Notes: generated from the sequence alone by a model not told the origin. 32,000 nucleotides of DNA from Promethearchaeota archaeon (GCA_016933055.1 JAFGBS010000022.1:1-32000), one strand, 5' to 3'. Positions 1 to 8,129 are shown, counted from the stretch's first letter. Translations and numbers: made by a program.

Positions 1-2
1 AA

Positions 3-52
<50 letters not shown>

Positions 53-81
53 ACGCGTTGTAAAAAAAAAAAGTGTGATAA

Positions 82-106
82 GTAAACAGTGATTAATTCT
101 GTTTAC
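82..106. repeat. Inverted repeat GTAAACAG-N9-CTGTTTAC
   Basis: Perfect 8-bp arms at 82-89 and 99-106. Confidence 0.8.
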
Positions 107-133
107 ATAGAAACGGTTTTTTTTGAGAATCTG

Positions 134-226
134 CTGATCACTTTTCCGGGCAAAATTTTCCTCTTGATTTTATGGCTTTCCACATTCATAAAACCGATGT
201 GGTTTGAAGGCGAACTGATCACTTTT
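134..226 (+). repeat. 12-bp direct repeat CTGATCACTTTT x2
   Basis: Copies at 134-145 and 215-226. The core CTGATCA recurs at 690-696. Confidence 0.65.
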
Positions 227-448
227 TCCCCATGACGAAAAAAACCAAACCCAAACCTCACCCTTTCGAAAACAAATGTTGTTTTTTTTAAAAAAAATTA
301 TACTAAAAAATATATAAGAGACAACAAACGTTTCTACGTTTTTTTTTGTGTAAACAAACGACACCGTATTGAAAAACATTTGTTGTTTTACACCCCCCAT
401 ACACCACAGATCCCCCCTTTTCCTTTTTTTCCTTTTTTGGAAAAGTAA

Positions 449-580
449 CAACCGTACCACCAACCGTACCACCATCCTATGACGTGATAGGAATAGGATA
501 GCTTAACGAAGGGTAGGGAAGAAGGGTGTGACGTCTTTTTAACTTTTCACCCTTTTGAAAAGTATATACAATGTATATAC
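449..580. other. Candidate replication origin: tandem 12-mer plus three palindromes
   Basis: CAACCGTACCAC x2 (449-472); TCCTAT-gACGTg-ATAGGA (475-492); ACTTTTCA-N6-TGAAAAGT (542-563); GTATATACA-a-TGTATATAC (562-580). An AT-rich tract follows (~640-680). Lies downstream of the primase-helicase gene. Origin function is inference. Confidence 0.5.
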
Positions 581-670
581 AAAATAATATAGGGCTAATT
601 CATCTGAACAACGTTTCAAACAATCTGGTGCTCATTTTAAAATATCTGTATATGTATTATATTTATTTTT

Positions 671-704
671 AAAAAAAATGATTTTACCCCTGATCAAAAA
701 GGGG
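671..704 (-). terminator. Possible terminator of the primase-helicase operon
   Basis: CCCCT/AGGGG hairpin (687-691/700-704) followed on the minus strand by a T8 run (671-678), starting 8 bp after the stop codon. Confidence 0.35.
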
Positions 705-711
705 CAAAAAA

Positions 712-3060
712 TCAATTAAACCAGTTTTTTGTTTGTTGATTCCCCAGATCAGCAATAGCTCCCAGTCCAACATAACACCAAACCATAACCTTGTTAATGG
801 ACTTTCGTTTTTTCGGATATCCTAACCTGCCTAACTGCTGGGTGCACAACGTTTTACTAATCGGTTTTTTATGTTCATCCCGAAGCCACTGATTATATGC
901 CTGGTAAAACCAATCACATTCTACAAACAAGCTGCTTTCAACCTCACACGTTTTTTCGATAAAGCCGTTTACCAGTTCGAACTTGGACAACCAAAAGTCT
1001 TTCACTGCAATCCAATCGTAATACTTTTCATCAAATCCGCCTTTCTCAATGAGGATTTTCAGTCCTGCTAAACACTGATTGAGAAATCCGGACAATTCCC
1101 CCGGGGTAGTAAGTTTTTCCAAAAGGGTTTCGTCTATATTATCGGAAAAATCGTTCGGACATTCCAGGATGATCCACTTTCTCCAAAACCCTTTATCGGT
1201 ATCTTCGGGGACTTCGGGCATTTTTGTATTACACGAAAACACCAGTTTCGCAGTGGGAGTGATCTGATAGGGCTGAATGAACTTTGGGTCCACCAAGATT
1301 TTGCTTTCGTTTCCTACATAGATCTTGAAGTTTCTAATGGGGATTTTATATGTTGCGTCGATATCGGAACAAAACACCAACAACTTATCAACCAAAACCG
1401 AAGATTTGTGTCCTTTTCCAAAATCCCCTAAATCCATATTCGCCGAATTTTTACTCCCGACCATTTTCGTAAGGAGACTTATAAAAGTGGTTTTTCCGTT
1501 ATTCCCATCTCCATACAACATCAACGCTTTCTGGTAGATCATTAAATCGGTTAAACATAGCCCACAAAACTGGCGAATTAACGGCTGATCTTCTGCGGTA
1601 AACACTTCGGAAAGGAACTTGTCGATCAAGGGACAGGGTGCCTGGGGATCATAGATGACCGGGATCCGTTTCGTATGGAGTTTTTCCGGGGTATGGGGGA
1701 AAAATTCCCCGGTTCGAAGGTTCAAAATTCCGTTGATAAGATTTAGTTCAAACGGATTCGAATCGAATTCTTTATCTTCTGTTAGCGTTTCGCTTTTAAT
1801 GGCTTCGAACACGTCATCTATGGCGTTCCTGGAGTCTTTCAGAGCAAAAAACTCAAAGACCCACCTGATTTTCTTTTTGATTTTAGACTGAGAGTGTGGC
1901 TTCCAGTATCCGTTTTCATATAGGTATGGAACCAGCGAGTCACTGTCTTCTCGCATTCGGGTTTTTATGTTCATTTCATTCAACACAATGTCCCGTACCT
2001 CATAGTTTACCATTGTGTTTGGAGTTTCTTCTGGAGTAAACTCCAACAAAAGACAGTTGGGTGTTTTCTCATTTACACGACAGTCAACCGCGTAATCCAG
2101 TTTTTTACGCTTCAGATCCTCCCGGTTAGACGGTGTGGAACCGTCAAAGGGTTCCGTGGTAGAAAGTGATGTTTTTGGTGTTTTTTTATATGTAGGGAAG
2201 TACTCTGCGTACTTTTCTTTTGTCAGGGGTAGATCGGTGTAGGGGTGATGTTTTAGCTGCAGTTCGCACGTTTTTTCGTCAAAACTAGGTTGACTTTTCT
2301 CTAAAAACTCGTATAAATCTTCTGGTTTACACCCTAATCTCCACCATGCTTCACGGAAAAGGTATTTCCAGTAGACAAATTCATCTTTACCAGCTTCCGC
2401 AGAATAGGTTTCGATTTCCAGAGCTCCGGAGACGATATCGACGAATGCTTTTCGGATAGTTTTTGGCTTTTCTTCCAGGAAGGAGCCGATCAACTGATCC
2501 AGCTGATCCCTGGTGATGGTGTGGATTTCGCTTTTTTCCGAAATTTTTTCATACTTTACCCCGTTTACAACACTACCTGCCCCTACAACATATCCCCCTT
2601 CTCCCAACACGTCCAAACCTTTCAAAAATTGCGGGAACTTCGTTTTTACCACCCCTTGAAACACCCTTCCATGTCTTTTGGTTTCTTTGTAGAGAAGGTT
2701 TTTGTTGATCTGCCTGCTTGGGAGCTTAGTGAGATCGTCCAGGAAGTAGTAAAGGTGATACCCATGCGGTGAGGATACAATGTAAGTTTTTAGAAGTTCG
2801 GGAAAGGTAGTTTTTAGGATCGGCTCTATGTCGCTCCAAAACCGCTTTTCCTTCAGATCAAAGTCCAAAACGACTAAACCGTTCGAAACCTTACCGCATG
2901 CGATTCCCACGTTCAACCCCTCATACTTTTCCATGTAATCGTAAAAAAGATTTTTGGGAAAAGTCTCATAAAGATAATTGGTGTTTTTTAGTTCCCCGAT
3001 CGGAACCTTTTCGTTCGGCTTAAGCGGAAAAAGGTTTAAGATCTCGCTTAGATCAGTCAT
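712..3060 (-). CDS. Bifunctional DNA primase/polymerase (Prim-Pol, AEP) fused to D5/P4-type SF3 helicase
   Basis: N-terminal AEP motifs GIACG..VVLDFD, SPHGYHLYY, GGYVVGAGS. D5_N-like LNLINGILNLRTGEF..H. Walker A LYGDGNNGKTT, Walker B region VFCSDID, motif C VFSCN, C-terminal wHTH-like tail. Start moved to ATG 3060 (MTDLSE): GGAGG lies 7 nt upstream and the ATG overlaps the upstream stop codon (ATGA). Confidence 0.93.
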   Translation of the reverse strand: MTDLSEILNLFPLKPNEKVPIGELKNTNYLYETFPKNLFYDYMEKYEGLNVGIACGKVSNGLVVLDFDLKEKRFWSDIEPILKTTFPELLKTYIVSSPHGYHLYYFLDDLTKLPSRQINKNLLYKETKRHGRVFQGVVKTKFPQFLKGLDVLGEGGYVVGAGSVVNGVKYEKISEKSEIHTITRDQLDQLIGSFLEEKPKTIRKAFVDIVSGALEIETYSAEAGKDEFVYWKYLFREAWWRLGCKPEDLYEFLEKSQPSFDEKTCELQLKHHPYTDLPLTKEKYAEYFPTYKKTPKTSLSTTEPFDGSTPSNREDLKRKKLDYAVDCRVNEKTPNCLLLEFTPEETPNTMVNYEVRDIVLNEMNIKTRMREDSDSLVPYLYENGYWKPHSQSKIKKKIRWVFEFFALKDSRNAIDDVFEAIKSETLTEDKEFDSNPFELNLINGILNLRTGEFFPHTPEKLHTKRIPVIYDPQAPCPLIDKFLSEVFTAEDQPLIRQFCGLCLTDLMIYQKALMLYGDGNNGKTTFISLLTKMVGSKNSANMDLGDFGKGHKSSVLVDKLLVFCSDIDATYKIPIRNFKIYVGNESKILVDPKFIQPYQITPTAKLVFSCNTKMPEVPEDTDKGFWRKWIILECPNDFSDNIDETLLEKLTTPGELSGFLNQCLAGLKILIEKGGFDEKYYDWIAVKDFWLSKFELVNGFIEKTCEVESSLFVECDWFYQAYNQWLRDEHKKPISKTLCTQQLGRLGYPKKRKSINKVMVWCYVGLGAIADLGNQQTKNWFN

Positions 3061-3203
3061 ATCTCTCCCTCCTTGATCCGAAAACCGCATCCTACCCTCA
3101 TGCAAAAATATTCCTTGGTTTTTCGGTTGAACATAAACTTTGATGTTTCACACTCAGGACACTTCAGATTCGCAGTAGATACGTCTAAAAACAATTGGAT
3201 CAC
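3057..3203 (-). CDS. 48-aa Zn-ribbon protein (not in the ORF track)
   Basis: Hand translation from GTG: MIQLFLDVSTANLKCPECETSKFMFNRKTKEYFCMRVGCGFRIKEGEI*. Contains CxxC-x15-Cx4C, has a GGGG SD-like motif at the start, and its TGA overlaps the primase ATG. Confidence 0.75.
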   Translation of the reverse strand: MIQLFLDVSTANLKCPECETSKFMFNRKTKEYFCMRVGCGFRIKEGEI

Positions 3204-3215
3204 CCCTTTTTTTCT

Positions 3216-3335
3216 TTATGGAGAAAGTCGTTTTTCAAGATCGTCCAAGATCTCTAGTTTCGCTATATCCAGGTCGTTTTCACGTTCGAGTTCGTCAATC
3301 GTGTGTTGGAGTTTTTCGCGTTGGGTTTTATGCAT
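3216..3335 (-). CDS. 39-aa coiled-coil-like protein (not in the ORF track)
   Basis: MHKTQREKLQHTIDELERENDLDIAKLEILDDLEKRLSP*. Its ATG overlaps the end of the upstream wHTH gene (ATGCATAA), and it has heptad-like Leu/Ile spacing. Confidence 0.6.
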   Translation of the reverse strand: MHKTQREKLQHTIDELERENDLDIAKLEILDDLEKRLSP

Positions 3336-3537
3336 GACGCCCTTTCCTCTTTTTCATAAAAGTTCGACTTCCGGAAATCATCATGATTTCTGCTTCTCCC
3401 TCGATTACTAATCGAAGAAGGTGTCTTTCTGCTGAGCAATACGCAAGACCGCTTTCGTTGGCGAACCAAGTGATCGACTGGGGCAACTCGCTTAATAAAT
3501 CCTTTATTTTTTTGTTAACTTCAAACATTCTGGGCAC
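3328..3537 (-). CDS. Small winged helix-turn-helix DNA-binding protein (putative copy-number or operon regulator)
   Basis: LPQSITWFANESGLAYCSAERHLLRLVIEGEA fits a wHTH pattern. First gene of the replication operon. Start is GTG 3537 or ATG 3528. Confidence 0.7.
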   Translation of the reverse strand: MPRMFEVNKKIKDLLSELPQSITWFANESGLAYCSAERHLLRLVIEGEAEIMMISGSRTFMKKRKGRHA

Positions 3538-3584
3538 TTTTTTTTACCTTCAAATCGGTTTACATAAAGAAAATCAAAAACGGA

Positions 3585-3600
3585 TATTTAAGGGTTCTTT
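3585..3600 (-). promoter_or_regulatory. Candidate BRE/TATA promoter of the replication operon
   Basis: Minus strand AAAGAACCC-TTAAATA, ~48 nt upstream of the wHTH start. Confidence 0.4.
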
Positions 3601-3653
3601 ATACGCCCGTATAAAACCGGCGGTTTTTTCCTAGCCGGTTAACAAAACGGGAG

Positions 3654-3848
3654 AATCCATAGGGTTTTTTTTAGTCTCCAAGCGTGTTTATCATGCTTTT
3701 TTTGTTTTTCTCAGAAAATAGTGGGGCTTTCCGATCGGGATCTTCGGGTGGTTTTTTCTGTTCTGTAAACCCGATCTGAATTTTTACACAAGGGGGATTA
3801 TCGGGATTGAGAAAACATAAAATTTCCATAGCCAAAACCCTATGGATT
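3654..3848. repeat. Perfect 15-bp inverted repeat bounding a 165-bp segment
   Basis: AATCCATAGGGTTTT (3654-3668) and AAAACCCTATGGATT (3834-3848). Confidence 0.9.
3671..3829 (-). CDS. 52-aa hypothetical ORF enclosed by the inverted repeats
   Basis: MEILCFLNPDNPPCVKIQIGF... starts 4 nt inside one repeat arm and stops 2 nt inside the other. No homology recognised. Confidence 0.3.
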   Translation of the reverse strand: MEILCFLNPDNPPCVKIQIGFTEQKKPPEDPDRKAPLFSEKNKKSMINTLGD

Positions 3849-3937
3849 TTAGAACTAAATTGCGGTTTCACGATCTTTTCGTCAATAATAATTAAGTTTT
3901 GGTGCTAATTGTTGATCTTTCATAGTCAATATGAAAA

Positions 3938-4564
3938 TTAGGCATCATCTGAAAATACATCGCTAGCAGTAATTTTTTGGACTATATTCTGAAATTGATT
4001 TTCAACATTAAGATTTCTCGCATTTTCTTCGAGATATTTCATATCAAGCTCTTCATAATAACGAACCCAGCAAGCCAATGCATCCTTATAATCTTGATAA
4101 CCTCCATAGACCAGTTTAGACAAAATAAAATCCTCTCTACTGGTTGCCCAACATGGTATATTTTGAATCTTAAGGCGTTTTCTATTTTCAAATGAAATTT
4201 TTTTCATTGTATCATGGATTGTCAGGTGTTTACTGGATGGATCCATAAAATTCAGGTCAATTTTAATGATCTCTGACTTATCGAGAAATTGAATGAACTT
4301 CAATGTTTTCCAATCTATGAACGTGTCTTCCCAAGAGATTAACGGATGGAAATTATTATCATTAAATACTCTTTTCAAAATTTCTTTATTTTCCTCTGTT
4401 ATTTGGATTTGTATAACTACATCAATATCTTGAGTTTGTCGACTTTCTGCATAAATTGGAGTAAGTAGACCTCCCACCAGAATATATTTAAAACCGAATT
4501 TGTTTTCTATGTTTTCAAAGAGGTCAATTACATCTAAAAATGCTTGAAAAAATGGATTTGACAT
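3938..4564 (-). CDS. Nucleotidyltransferase toxin, MenT1/AbiEii-like
   Basis: YILVGG..., ESRQTQDIDVV (GG...RxTxDxD), ATSREDFILSKL and YQDYKD motifs. Lies 8 nt downstream of a small partner gene. Confidence 0.8.
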   Translation of the reverse strand: MSNPFFQAFLDVIDLFENIENKFGFKYILVGGLLTPIYAESRQTQDIDVVIQIQITEENKEILKRVFNDNNFHPLISWEDTFIDWKTLKFIQFLDKSEIIKIDLNFMDPSSKHLTIHDTMKKISFENRKRLKIQNIPCWATSREDFILSKLVYGGYQDYKDALACWVRYYEELDMKYLEENARNLNVENQFQNIVQKITASDVFSDDA

Positions 4565-4572
4565 AATAATTC

Positions 4573-4806
4573 CTACCTTTTGTTACGACGAGATAGATAG
4601 TATTCTCGCATTATTTGTTTTCTTGTCTTACTTGGAAATCTCTCTTGTTCGGTTTGTAAATATAAATTTATGCCAAAATTACACATGTCAAAAAAAAGTC
4701 GAGTTTGTGAATCTTGAGGGATCTTACGAATGAATTTCATTTTAGTTTGTAAATCTGATATTGTACTTTCTTTGAGGAGCAGTTGTAATTTCTTGAAACT
4801 TAGCAT
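4573..4806 (-). CDS. Putative antitoxin, MenA1-like
   Basis: 77 aa directly upstream of the NTase. RLFFDMCNFG...ERFP...I pattern resembles MenA1 (from memory: RLALDMYEVG...RERP...I). Confidence 0.65.
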   Translation of the reverse strand: MLSFKKLQLLLKESTISDLQTKMKFIRKIPQDSQTRLFFDMCNFGINLYLQTEQERFPSKTRKQIMREYYLSRRNKR

Positions 4807-5052
4807 TCGTAAATCCCCTTCATTTTATATAATAATTAATGTTTCTTTGCTAATTAAAATAATTAGAGAATATGATCAATAAAATAGATTTAAGATTAGC
4901 ATATTTATCCGAAGTTTAATGATTGGTTCCGATTATCGATACTGAAAACTTACTAAAAAAAAATTGGGCGAAACTACAAGCCGATTTTTTATTCAAACTC
5001 ATAAAAAATATTAAAAAAAAATCCAACATTTCAAAAATTTGTTCGAAATTTA

Positions 5053-5175
5053 CTATTGAGCCCAATCAAAGGAGTCGTAGGATTTTTGGATTAACTCTTG
5101 TAATATTTTTAGGTCGATATCCGATAATTTATTGATATACAAACATGATTTTCTAGTTTTAAATTTGCCCAACTT
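5053..5175 (-). pseudogene. Relic of a DUF1801 (YdhG-like) gene, C-terminal part
   Basis: Hand translation KLGKFKTRKSCLYINKLSDIDLKILQELIQKSY matches the LGKxKTxKSCLYIxKLxDID motif. No matching N-terminal part in frame. Confidence 0.6.
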
Positions 5176-5404
5176 ATCAGCAAAAAAACATACAAGACAA
5201 TACGAGAAGCACTTCATTCAAGTTCCTCTCCATCTGATCAGTAGAAGAACCATTCCCAAATCACTTTACACCATTAAGTGTAATCATCAACTCCTTTACT
5301 TTTCAGAAAATCATTCAAAATTTTAACATAATTCAGGATCTAGATATGATATCCTCCCAGATCTCACCTTTTATCCCTCTATTTAATCTTTTGAAAGGAG
5401 GGGC

Positions 5405-6154
5405 TTAACAAGAAGATATTAGTGTTTCTCTAATTTTTTTTTCGGACATATAATAATTAATGAGATTCCAAGCAATAAAGAGAATTGGAACCCCTGTATT
5501 AAATTCTATGAAGCTGTTAAACACAAGAACGCTTATTAAATCAGATGCTGGACGAATACCAGCCGTCAACAATGAAATCTCCATTGCGAAATGGACCAAA
5601 AAGCCAGTCAGAAAAAGAAATCCCAGCTTAAGCCATCTCAATGATCTAAAAGGCTTCCACGTGTATTTGAAAATAATTAATAATAGATATCCTCCCACAA
5701 CCATTCCAATTTGAGTCCAACGGTTTTCTTTCATGTGGCGCACAATATCTACCGTAGAATCGCTTAAGGGGAAAATCTTTGGGAGGAATGCTATGAGAAA
5801 CCATCCTGAGTAAAGTAGCAACGTCCAAAACATTTTTTTGCTCCAATTATCGAGAGTGAACATTATCATGACATAACTGAATTCAATCATACCATAGGTG
5901 AATGAGAAGTAAATCAAGAACATCAGTGGAGAAAGACCCGTTGGTAGGGAAAAAATTTCTCGGGTTCCCTGAATCAAATAAAAAAATACATAATCTGATA
6001 TAAATACAATGACTGATCCGAATAAACCGAAGAAAAATTGTAGATAATAATTTTTTCGGATTAACAGAGTTATCCAAACCGCACAAAACGTGATATCTAA
6101 TAATATAAACTCCCAACCAAATACTCTAATAACATCATGACTCATTTTGTTCAT
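5405..6154 (-). CDS. Multi-pass membrane protein, function unknown
   Basis: 249 aa with ~7-8 hydrophobic segments. Starts 1 nt after the SDR stop, so likely co-transcribed. Confidence 0.8.
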   Translation of the reverse strand: MNKMSHDVIRVFGWEFILLDITFCAVWITLLIRKNYYLQFFFGLFGSVIVFISDYVFFYLIQGTREIFSLPTGLSPLMFLIYFSFTYGMIEFSYVMIMFTLDNWSKKMFWTLLLYSGWFLIAFLPKIFPLSDSTVDIVRHMKENRWTQIGMVVGGYLLLIIFKYTWKPFRSLRWLKLGFLFLTGFLVHFAMEISLLTAGIRPASDLISVLVFNSFIEFNTGVPILFIAWNLINYYMSEKKIRETLISSC

Positions 6155-6155
6155 C

Positions 6156-6959
6156 TTATTTTTTTATAACGTTTTTTAAAAGGTAATCTACGAATCGTGC
6201 TGGAAGAAATTCTAACACTCTCCTAGTCCGATTATTCTTTATTCTATACCTGTATTTGGGGTGTTTCTTATGAATTGCTTTATAGATCGCTTTCGCCATG
6301 AATATAGGTTCAGCATTTCCTTCACTCGCTAAAACTCGCCACACCCTATTTATTTGGTTCTCGAAAGCAGAACCCTCACAATACTGTTTAAATGAAGTTT
6401 TGGTACGATCCACAAACCGCGTGTTAATAGATCCTGGTTGAATTTTTATAACTTTAATATCTTTAAACATCAATTCCCTACGAAGGCAATCTGAAAATGC
6501 TTCTACTGCATATTTAGTAATAGTATAGGGTCCTGTAAACGGGAAAGTTATCCTCCCTACTTCTGAACTAATATTTATGACTCTACTTTCCTTTCTAAGC
6601 AATGGGAAAAATGCTTTAATAATTCTCACATATCCCATTAAATTGATGTCCCAAATTTTTCGGTAATCCTCAATATCTACTTCCACTATCGGTCCACCTA
6701 TAAAAATTCCCGCATTGTTTACTATACAATCGATGTATTCATATTTCTGTCTCAATTTTTCCATCGTAACATGTACTGATTCTTCGTCTGTGACATCCAT
6801 TCTTAGGGGAAATGCATTTTGATCATCGACAAATGATTTAAACACAGCAGAATCCACATCTGTCGGAATCACGATATCTCCTTGTAAAAGGAGATATTTC
6901 GCAACAGTGAATCCAATTCCGTGAGCTGCACCAGTGATAAGAACAATTTTGGAAGGCAT
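6156..6959 (-). CDS. Short-chain dehydrogenase/reductase (classical SDR)
   Basis: ITGAAHGIG, VNNAG, catalytic S...YTITK, and IQPGSINT. Confidence 0.95.
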   Translation of the reverse strand: MPSKIVLITGAAHGIGFTVAKYLLLQGDIVIPTDVDSAVFKSFVDDQNAFPLRMDVTDEESVHVTMEKLRQKYEYIDCIVNNAGIFIGGPIVEVDIEDYRKIWDINLMGYVRIIKAFFPLLRKESRVINISSEVGRITFPFTGPYTITKYAVEAFSDCLRRELMFKDIKVIKIQPGSINTRFVDRTKTSFKQYCEGSAFENQINRVWRVLASEGNAEPIFMAKAIYKAIHKKHPKYRYRIKNNRTRRVLEFLPARFVDYLLKNVIKK

Positions 6960-7371
6960 TATTGAAATTCAATCAATTTAACAGTTTAAAAAATTTCTGA
7001 AATTGGAAACCATCATATTGGAAATTCATTCGGTTCTTCCACTTTTATTTGCACTGGTCACTATCCATCTGGCTATGAATGGAGTTGATTAAATAATTAT
7101 GTCCTTACTACCCACTATTACACGAACTACGTAAAAAGTCTACCATAAGAATGTTGGTAAGTTCTTTCAACGAGGAGTACATATACCCTAAAAATTATCC
7201 AAAGGATATACTAACTTGCTCAAGTAAAATTCACTTGGGTACTCAGATATTCAAATTGACGGATTGTTCATGAATCGTCAACTACATGATAATAAAAATA
7301 ATTAATTTTTAGATAAGAGAGATCGAGTGAGTAATATAGAGAATAGATTTGACAATAAACAATTTAGTTTT

Positions 7372-7653
7372 CTAAGGGGAGGGCTGCGGATTTGCTTCGT
7401 CAATAACCCCTTTGGGATCAGCTAAGAATTTTGCCTTATATGTTTGGTCTTTTACAATGTTGTGTACTATTATTCCTATTGTTTCTTTGGGTAACCTCTT
7501 GGTTTTCTGAATTTCTGTCAAATTGTGGACGATAATACTGACTTCATTTTCGCTTATATTCGCTTTTCGTAAGTCTTTTCTTATTTTTCTATTTGCAAAC
7601 ATGCTATTCACCATTTTAAAGATGTGCTGGAGGTATTTAATCCTTTTTATCAA
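7372..7653 (-). CDS. Small protein with NHLP/Os1348-leader-like motif
   Basis: IIVHNIVKDQTYKAKFLADPKGVI resembles the DxxF(R/K)xxLLxDPxxxL leader motif. IIVHN occurs twice. True start may be M14 or M18. Confidence 0.55.
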   Translation of the reverse strand: MIKRIKYLQHIFKMVNSMFANRKIRKDLRKANISENEVSIIVHNLTEIQKTKRLPKETIGIIVHNIVKDQTYKAKFLADPKGVIDEANPQPSP

Positions 7654-8129
7654 GAAAGTTGGTAAATATAATCCAATTAATCGATGATCAGTTCTCGTAT
7701 GATCTGAATTTTTTTCTCAAAGTCAACTATTTTTTTCAAAAATATACTGAGGAGAAATTATTACTTTATCATTTTGATTCTCATCATTGTGATTAAAAGA
7801 TGTAATATTGTTATGATCATCACAGAATCATCAGATTCTTACGTTTTTGAGCACAACTCTTAATTAGCAAGAGTTCGAAAATATTTGAGTCACTTTGTGA
7901 TGTTCAAATTGTGGTTATAATGTCAAATGGGAGGGGGACAGTTCTCGTATTAATCTATCTTATAATACAAGCGTCTGGATCGGTCCCAGAATGTTTTCGA
8001 GTATAAGGTTCCAAGTGGTGGAGGGTCTATAAGGAGAACCTATCTTTACTTATCCTTTAGAATAGACTAATGAGTAGGGTTTTAGCGTTGTTCTTAGAAC
8101 GTAATACGGTAGGTACAACATTTATATGA

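Noticed and set aside
170-475. 101-aa minus-strand ORF
   Set aside because: Translation of low-complexity A/C-skewed repeat DNA (F/K/V runs). No domain is recognised, and it overlaps the candidate origin.
871-3634. Plus-strand ORFs opposite the replication operon, and alternate-frame ORF 3263-3469
   Set aside because: Shadow ORFs of well-supported genes with no motifs.
4923-5326. Two plus-strand ORFs (70 and 64 aa)
   Set aside because: No motifs. The opposite strand carries the recognisable DUF1801 relic.
6156-6959. Eukaryote-like retinol/steroid dehydrogenase (KYAVEAFSDCLRREL)
   Set aside because: The motif is shared by many bacterial SDRs, so substrate or eukaryotic affinity cannot be inferred without a phylogeny.
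7018-7092. Short frame LEIHSVLPLLFALVTIHLAMNGVD resembling a DUF4405-type H..H membrane segment
   Set aside because: Only 24 residues, too short to support a pseudogene call.
7689-7950. 12-bp direct repeat CAGTTCTCGTAT (7689-7700, 7939-7950)
   Set aside because: One 12-mer pair at this distance is near chance expectation in a 32-kb AT-rich window.
7980-8106. Possible third, inverted, degenerate copy of the structured repeat (TATTACGTTC ... GGACCGA on the minus strand)
   Set aside because: Only two short words match, and I could not align the rest or recover the stems. A covariance-model search would settle it.
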